From the NCBI GenBank assembly GCA_023269645.1, contig JAHFPR010000002.1:1-30594 (forward strand): a DNA stretch of 30,594 nt, given 5' to 3'. The position numbers and the translations under genes are program-made. How positions within the stretch are numbered: the stretch's first letter is position 1; each line of letters begins with the position of its first letter. The notes under the pieces were generated by a model. That model was not told the origin of the DNA and did no database searches. It was given only the letters and a program-made list of their open reading frames with translations. The stretch comes from Alphaproteobacteria bacterium. Lineage in GTDB: Bacteria; Pseudomonadota; Alphaproteobacteria; Rickettsiales; UBA8987. Below are positions 25,129-30,594 of the stretch, one piece after another.

Positions 25129-26865
25129 TTACTCCATCATCAATATGCGCTGGAACTCGGCCACGGTGATGATACCGTCGCGGATGAGCTGCCTGCCGGT
25201 TTCCTGCATCGGACGGAAGCCCTGCTTCATGGCGATTTCCTTCATTTCCGCTTCGGATTTCCCGCCCAGTATCGCCTCTTTGAGCAGCGGTGTAACCGGC
25301 AGAATTTCATGAATCGCCCGCCGCCCGCGCACGCCTGTATCCATACACACGTCGCAGCCCTTGCCACGGTAAGTCACCAGCGTTTTCGCCTCCTCCTCCG
25401 AAAAACCGATCATCAGCAGACGGTCGCGGGTATAGGATTCGTCCACCTCCTTGCACTGCTTGCAGATCACCCGCGCGAGGCGTTGCGCCACGATCAGGTT
25501 CAGCGCGGAGGAAATAAGGTACGCCGGAATCCCCATGTTGATGAGGCGCATGATGGTTCCCGGCGCATCGTTGGTATGCAATGTGCTGAGCACAAGATGC
25601 CCAGTGAGAGCGGCTTTCATGGCGATGTCGCTGGTTTCCTTGTCGCGGATTTCACCCACCATGATCACTTCCGGATCCTGCCGCAGGAAGGAGCGCAGCG
25701 CGGCGGAAAACGTCAGCCCGATATTCTCGCGCACCTGCACCTGGCCGATGCCGCTGAAATCATATTCCACCGGGTCTTCCGCCGTCAGGATATTCGTGCC
25801 AACCTGGTTCAGTTCCTTCAGCACGGCGTAAAGCGAGGTGGATTTACCGCTCCCGGTCGGCCCCGTCACCAGCACCATGCCCTGCGGCGAGTGGATCGCC
25901 TTGCGGAAATTGGCGAGATCGTTGGGGGTCAGCCCCAGCTCGTCCAGCTTGAAATTGGCGGCGGCGGGGTCGAGGATTCGCATCACGATACGCTCGCCGT
26001 ACACGGTCGGCAGCGAGGAAACGCGAATATCAATGGTTTTGTCGCCCACATCGCAGGTGATCGCGCCGTCCTGCGGCAGGCGGCGTTCGGAAATATCCAG
26101 CGAGGCCATGATCTTGATGCGCGTCGCCACGGCGGAATAATTATAGGTCAGGAATTCATTGTAGATTTCCATTTCCTGCAACACGCCGTGCAGGCGGAAC
26201 CTCACGCGCGCGGAGTCGCGGAACGCCTCCAGGTGGATGTCGCTTACGCCGAGCATCACCGCCTCGCTCATCACGCCGTTGACGAAATCAATCACCTCGG
26301 AGCCGGATTCCGCACCTTTCGTGCTCCGCACCGGTTCATCCGCGTCAGCACCCCTGCTTTTGGCGGGGCGTATCCTGTCCCCAGCGGGCGGCGGGGGCGG
26401 CATGGGCACGGTCGCCTGCACCGGCACGTGCAGGAACATCTCCATGCTTTTTTCCAGATCGGAGAGGGTCATCACCAGCGTTTCAACGGAATAGCCCGTC
26501 ATCATCCGCACGTCGTTCACGCTGCTGAGTGCGTTGGGGTCGGCGATGGCGACGGTCAGGCTGCCCTGCTGGAGCTTCAGCGGCAGGATGCGGTTCTGCC
26601 GGATGAATTCCTCCGGGAGCGTTTCCGTGAGTGAGCGGTCAACCTCCCCCTGCACTCCGGCAAGCCGGACATTGTACAGCGAGGCGAGCTTGTTGGCGAT
26701 GGCATCTTCCGTCACCTTCCGCTGTTCCAGAAGGCGCGCCACCACGCCGATACGTGCGGATTTGGCAGCCGCAGCTTCCTCCTGGTAGGTTTTTTTATCC
26801 ACCAGTCCGTTTTCCCGGATAAAATCTCCAAGCAGCAGATCGGTTTCTTTAGGGAGTATGGGCAT
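25129..26865 (-). CDS. pilB: Type IV pilus extension ATPase (PilB/GspE family)
   Basis: SDIHLE, ERRLPQDG, Walker A GPTGSGKST, EDPVEY, LRQDPEVIMVGEIRD, LSTLHTN and a tetracysteine Zn motif (CKQC...CDVC). Confidence 0.93.
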   Translation of the reverse strand: MPILPKETDLLLGDFIRENGLVDKKTYQEEAAAAKSARIGVVARLLEQRKVTEDAIANKLASLYNVRLAGVQGEVDRSLTETLPEEFIRQNRILPLKLQQGSLTVAIADPNALSSVNDVRMMTGYSVETLVMTLSDLEKSMEMFLHVPVQATVPMPPPPPAGDRIRPAKSRGADADEPVRSTKGAESGSEVIDFVNGVMSEAVMLGVSDIHLEAFRDSARVRFRLHGVLQEMEIYNEFLTYNYSAVATRIKIMASLDISERRLPQDGAITCDVGDKTIDIRVSSLPTVYGERIVMRILDPAAANFKLDELGLTPNDLANFRKAIHSPQGMVLVTGPTGSGKSTSLYAVLKELNQVGTNILTAEDPVEYDFSGIGQVQVRENIGLTFSAALRSFLRQDPEVIMVGEIRDKETSDIAMKAALTGHLVLSTLHTNDAPGTIMRLINMGIPAYLISSALNLIVAQRLARVICKQCKEVDESYTRDRLLMIGFSEEEAKTLVTYRGKGCDVCMDTGVRGRRAIHEILPVTPLLKEAILGGKSEAEMKEIAMKQGFRPMQETGRQLIRDGIITVAEFQRILMME

Positions 26866-26873
26866 AATGTGGT

Positions 26874-26951
26874 TGCTAGTCGTTAGTCATTAGTTGCCAG
26901 CCATTGGTTCGTGACCGCTAACGACTAACGACTAACGGCCAACGACTACCC
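26874..26951. repeat. Heptamer-repeat hairpin in the pilQ-pilB spacer
   Basis: Five CGTTAGT-like units (26874-26908) face five ACTAACG-like units (26917-26951) across an 8-nt loop. Confidence 0.85.
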
Positions 26952-26953
26952 TT

Positions 26954-28537
26954 CTACAGCACGTGCGGCGAAATGAATATCATAAGTTCCTTGCGCGTAT
27001 CTTTCTTGGAATCGCGGCGGAACAGGTGGCCGATGCCCGGAAGATCGCCCAGCCCCGGAACCTGATCCGCGCTATCCGTTTTCCCCTCCGAATAAATCCC
27101 ACCGATAACAACGATGGATTGATCCCTGGTCACCAGGCTGGTACGGATTTCGCTTTTGGTGATGGGCGGGTTCTGCTTGGAGGTATCCGCCGTATCCTTA
27201 TTCACCGCGATGGTAAGCTGCATATTACCATCCCCCACGATGCTGGGCGTTACCGCCAGTCGCAGCCCCGCTTCCTTGAACTGTATCTGTGTGCCCTCCT
27301 GCGATACGGTTTCGTAGGGAACCTCGTCGCCCTGGAAGATTACCGCTTCCTGGTTATCCAGCGTGAACACGCGCGGGTTGGAGATCACCTTGCTGAGTCC
27401 CTGCGCTTCCATTGCGGTAAGCTCCAGCTTTAACTGGCTGGAACTGCCGATGCCGCCCAGGAAACCGATGCCTCCGAACGGGGTGGTGACGGCGAGATTG
27501 CTCGCCAGCCCGGTGGAATCCCCCAGCGTCACGCCGTTGGCGATGCTCCCCGCAACGCCGCCGACGCGCACGTTGACAGGCTTGCCGTTATTATCCACGA
27601 ACACATCGCTGCCATCCACCCCCAGGCGCGCACCCAGCGCGTGCTGGAAATCATCCGAGACTTCCACGATGAACGCCTCGATGAACACCTGTTTGGTGCG
27701 GGTGTCGGTTTCCTTGATGACCTTGCTGATGAGTTCCATCTCCGCCTTGTGCGCCTTCACGATGATCTGGTTCATCCGCTCGTCCACGGTGATTTCCGCC
27801 TGCGCACCGGGAATGCTGCTTGCTGAGGAAGCCGCACCCTTGGCATCCTTGCCGCCGATGCCGAGCACCCCTTCCAGCATGATTTTTGCCTTATCCGGCT
27901 TGGTATAATAGAGCTTGAAAATTTCGGTGTACACAGGCTCCGCCGCCTTGGCGAGCAGCATCGCCTGCTGCTGGGTTTCGCGCCGCTTGCGGTCGAATTC
28001 CTCAAGCTGCATCAGAGTGTCCTGGTTGTGGATGCGGATGATGCTGGATTTATCATCCACGTGCTTGGCCATTTTCTTCACCTGCAGCACGGAATCCAGC
28101 GCGCTCGTCCACGGCACGTTGTTGAGCTGCGCCGTCACGCTGCCCTGCACCTCGTCCGAGACCAGCAGGTTCATGCCCGTGATGCGCGAGAACATCTGCG
28201 CGAAGGTGCGGATGTCCATATTATCCACGTTGAGATCAATGGAAAAAGTCGGGGATTCGTCCTTGCCGTGCATGGTCACATAATCCAGCGATTCCTCCCG
28301 GTTGATCTGTTTGCGGGCTTTATCGTGCCGCGTTCCGTCCTTGCTGGTATCCACCATCGGCCCATAGCCAATATCCTTTTCCGATCGGGTTCCGCTCTGC
28401 GTGATGAATTTTCCCTTGTCCATCAGGCTTTCCTGCTCGATGAGCGGATCCTTGAAGGCCGGTTTTTCGTGGTGCGCGCACGATCCCGCCAGCACGGTTA
28501 CGCAAAGCATCAGAAGGAAATTACTGAGCCGTTTCAT
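26954..28537 (-). CDS. pilQ: Type IV pilus secretin (PilQ-like), short form with a lipobox-like signal
   Basis: STN-like, N-domain and secretin core (QVFIEAFIVE, SNPRVFTLDNQEAVI, GLRLAVTP, VPGLGDLPGIGHLF, ELMIFISPHVL). ATG 28537 has GGAG at 7 nt; signal ends in VLAGS|C. Confidence 0.9.
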   Translation of the reverse strand: MKRLSNFLLMLCVTVLAGSCAHHEKPAFKDPLIEQESLMDKGKFITQSGTRSEKDIGYGPMVDTSKDGTRHDKARKQINREESLDYVTMHGKDESPTFSIDLNVDNMDIRTFAQMFSRITGMNLLVSDEVQGSVTAQLNNVPWTSALDSVLQVKKMAKHVDDKSSIIRIHNQDTLMQLEEFDRKRRETQQQAMLLAKAAEPVYTEIFKLYYTKPDKAKIMLEGVLGIGGKDAKGAASSASSIPGAQAEITVDERMNQIIVKAHKAEMELISKVIKETDTRTKQVFIEAFIVEVSDDFQHALGARLGVDGSDVFVDNNGKPVNVRVGGVAGSIANGVTLGDSTGLASNLAVTTPFGGIGFLGGIGSSSQLKLELTAMEAQGLSKVISNPRVFTLDNQEAVIFQGDEVPYETVSQEGTQIQFKEAGLRLAVTPSIVGDGNMQLTIAVNKDTADTSKQNPPITKSEIRTSLVTRDQSIVVIGGIYSEGKTDSADQVPGLGDLPGIGHLFRRDSKKDTRKELMIFISPHVL

Positions 28538-28928
28538 GAGCATTCTCCATCTTGTTGCTTACCATCATATCCACCGTGCTTTCGCCGATGCGCACCGTGA
28601 TTCCCTCGCGCTTGATTTCTTCCACCACGCCGTTTTCCTTGCCGAGCTTATCGCCTTTGGTGAGGAAATAATCCCGTCCGTCCTTGCCGCGCACCACCGC
28701 CAGCGATTCCTTGGGTGCGATCACGATGCCCACCAGCCGGTAGCTTGCGACCGGGAAGTTCATCTGCGCGTGCATGGTGTCGTCGCCCTCCGCCGAGGGA
28801 GCCGCAATGCTTGACCCCTGCGAGGCACTGTAGGGCACGAACGGATCCCGGTCATCCGCCGTGAACGCCGCTCCCGGAATCATGGCAAGGCAGAGTGCCG
28901 CCGCCGTCAGAAAAAATTTATTGCCCAT
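28521..28928 (-). CDS. pilP: PilP-like alignment-complex protein
   Basis: RDPF motif, YRLVGIV and GDKLGKENGVVEEI; lies between pilO and pilQ; GGAGG 9 nt before ATG 28928. Confidence 0.8.
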   Translation of the reverse strand: MGNKFFLTAAALCLAMIPGAAFTADDRDPFVPYSASQGSSIAAPSAEGDDTMHAQMNFPVASYRLVGIVIAPKESLAVVRGKDGRDYFLTKGDKLGKENGVVEEIKREGITVRIGESTVDMMVSNKMENAHETAQ

Positions 28929-29661
28929 ATGCCAGTGCCTCCTCAATGGGTTTTTTGTCAATCGCATAATCTGTCACCGTCATTTTGATGGTAATGACTC
29001 CCGGCACGGATTGCCCCTTGCCGCCGGTATTCAGTTCGATGGTTTCCGCTTTTATGCCCAGCATGGGCTTTTCCTGTGCGAGCTTCTCCCGGAACCGGAG
29101 GAAATCCGGATATTTTCCCTGGAGTTCCACGTTCGCCGTTTTTTCCGTCACCGCGCTTTTGGAGGTAGCCGCGCCCTCCGCCGCTTTGCCCTCTGCCGCC
29201 TTAATGGTGAGCACCGTCAGGCTATCGGCCATTGCGATGGAGCTGATGGAATTATAAAGCTCCTCCAGGTTTCCGGTATCCCCAAACCAGCCCAGCACTT
29301 CTTTGTAGTGCTTGCCGGAATCCGTAAGTTTTTTGGTGAGCGTTTCTTTCTGCGTTTTCATCGTGACGAGTTGCGCCTGCATATCATGGATTTTCTGGAG
29401 TTTTTCCTGCTGTTCCCCCAGGGTTTTATGGTGTGGCAGGTAGTAGAATTTCACATACCCGGCTGCGACAAGCACCGCCGCCGCCGCCAGCAGCAATCCC
29501 TTCGGGAGAGCTTTCGCACCACCCGCCGCCTTGCCGGAAACAGCGGATTTTTTCGCTTTTCCGCGCTGCTTTCCGCCGGAGGAAGCACCGCCCCCCGCCT
29601 TTTTCCTGCCGAGCAAGCCTTTGAAGATCGCGCCGATGTCCATATCAAGATTAATGCCCAC
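28918..29661 (-). CDS. pilO: PilO-like alignment-complex protein
   Basis: Single TM, coiled coil, then LYNSISSIA...L-x-V...VELQGKYPDFLRF ferredoxin-like domain; GGAGG 6 nt before GTG 29661. Confidence 0.78.
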   Translation of the reverse strand: MGINLDMDIGAIFKGLLGRKKAGGGASSGGKQRGKAKKSAVSGKAAGGAKALPKGLLLAAAAVLVAAGYVKFYYLPHHKTLGEQQEKLQKIHDMQAQLVTMKTQKETLTKKLTDSGKHYKEVLGWFGDTGNLEELYNSISSIAMADSLTVLTIKAAEGKAAEGAATSKSAVTEKTANVELQGKYPDFLRFREKLAQEKPMLGIKAETIELNTGGKGQSVPGVITIKMTVTDYAIDKKPIEEALAYGQ

Positions 29662-29700
29662 CTGATCCCTCCCTGGCTGCCGGTTTATCCGCCGTTTTCT

Positions 29701-30594
29701 TCACCTCCGGCTTCTTTTTTCCTCAGGCATTTTCGCCAGCAGACATTCCAGCGAGAAGGTTTTGAGCATTTCGGATTGCGCGTTCTCATGCACGGCCTGC
29801 ATGGTTTTCAGCGCAACCTTGGAGAATTCCGGGCTGCCGTCCAGCGCGCGGATGAAATCCAGGATGCTCTGGTCGTCCATTGCCTTGCCCGACATCTCCA
29901 GATGGTTCGGTGGGGTAAACACCATCTTATCCAGCCACACACCGTAAGGAATCGCCGCGCTGGTGCGCTTGTAGGCATCCAGCAGCGGGGATTGGTTGGA
30001 AGGATTTTCCTTGTGCATTTTTTCCAGTGTTTCCAGATTCTTGACCGTAGTATTTAACTTATCAGTTTTAGCCTTGTCCTGCGTATATTCCCCTTCCACG
30101 TGTGCGAGTGCCACCAGTTCTGCCTGCCGCGACCTGCCCTGCAGATAGAGTATGCCGGTCATCACCACGATGGCCAGCACCACCGCCGCCACGAATGCGG
30201 AAACTCCCAGTTTTGAAATCACCTTGGCGCGCTGTTCCGCCGCGTAGGATTTCGCCTGAAGCAGCAGGTTCACATGGTCGGTGCGATCCGCCTCCGAAGG
30301 CTTGCTCACAATGTTGAGCGAGCGCGCCGCAAGCCCCATCGCCACCGCCCACGCCGTGCTGTTTTCCTCCCCGCCCATTCTGAGGGAAAGCTCCTTCGGA
30401 CACTCAACGTGTGCGAAGAAATCATATTCCGATATTTTGTAATCCTGGAGGTTTTCCGCCAGTGCCACAAGAAATCCTCCCACCGATTTGATAGCGGAGG
30501 CCAGATGAATCCGCTGCACCGGAGTGCCGTCATGCTTCACCGCATGGCGCGAGAGTATCTGCTTCACCTGCGCCGCGAAACGCTGGGCAAATTC
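29701..30594 (-). CDS. C-terminal part of a PilM-PilN fusion (5'-truncated by the window edge)
   Basis: The frame is open from the edge. PilM-like ending AWAVAMGLAAR (30336-30322) runs into the PilN signature VNLL (30273-30262), a TM helix, a coiled coil and IPYGVWLDKM...SGKA...FIRALDGSPEF. Confidence 0.78.
   Translation of the reverse strand, partial: EFAQRFAAQVKQILSRHAVKHDGTPVQRIHLASAIKSVGGFLVALAENLQDYKISEYDFFAHVECPKELSLRMGGEENSTAWAVAMGLAARSLNIVSKPSEADRTDHVNLLLQAKSYAAEQRAKVISKLGVSAFVAAVVLAIVVMTGILYLQGRSRQAELVALAHVEGEYTQDKAKTDKLNTTVKNLETLEKMHKENPSNQSPLLDAYKRTSAAIPYGVWLDKMVFTPPNHLEMSGKAMDDQSILDFIRALDGSPEFSKVALKTMQAVHENAQSEMLKTFSLECLLAKMPEEKRSRR

Overview
GC-rich alphaproteobacterial chromosomal window. 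The host is probably a free-living or host-associated Rickettsiales-like lineage; this is inferred from an orphan virB2 pilin, an ankyrin-like gene, a perfect CtrA box and RPE/REP-like palindromes. Housekeeping genes are parE, dsbD-like, an NDUFS4-like complex I accessory subunit, clpS-clpA, bolA-grxD-nadD, rhodanese-dnaA, dnaN and rlmE. Interleaved with them are surface and secretion genes: a serralysin-like RTX zinc protease (cut by the left edge and absent from the ORF track), two large prepilin paralogues with an identical 132-nt 5' cassette, a virB2 pilin with a Pho-box-like promoter, a CtrA-box ankyrin-like gene with an apparent +1 frameshift, and a GT-C-like membrane protein between dnaA and dnaN. 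Also present are two adjacent exported proteins sharing an unrecognised D-N-D-x-x-Y repeat downstream of a Fur-box-like palindrome, and the 3' part of a type IVa pilus-like operon (fused pilM-pilN, pilO, pilP, pilQ, pilB, pilC) running off the right edge. Two intercistronic hairpins built from 7-nt repeats lie just before clpA and pilB. No rRNA, tRNA, CRISPR array or transposase was seen. All family assignments come from motif recognition by eye; no searches were run.
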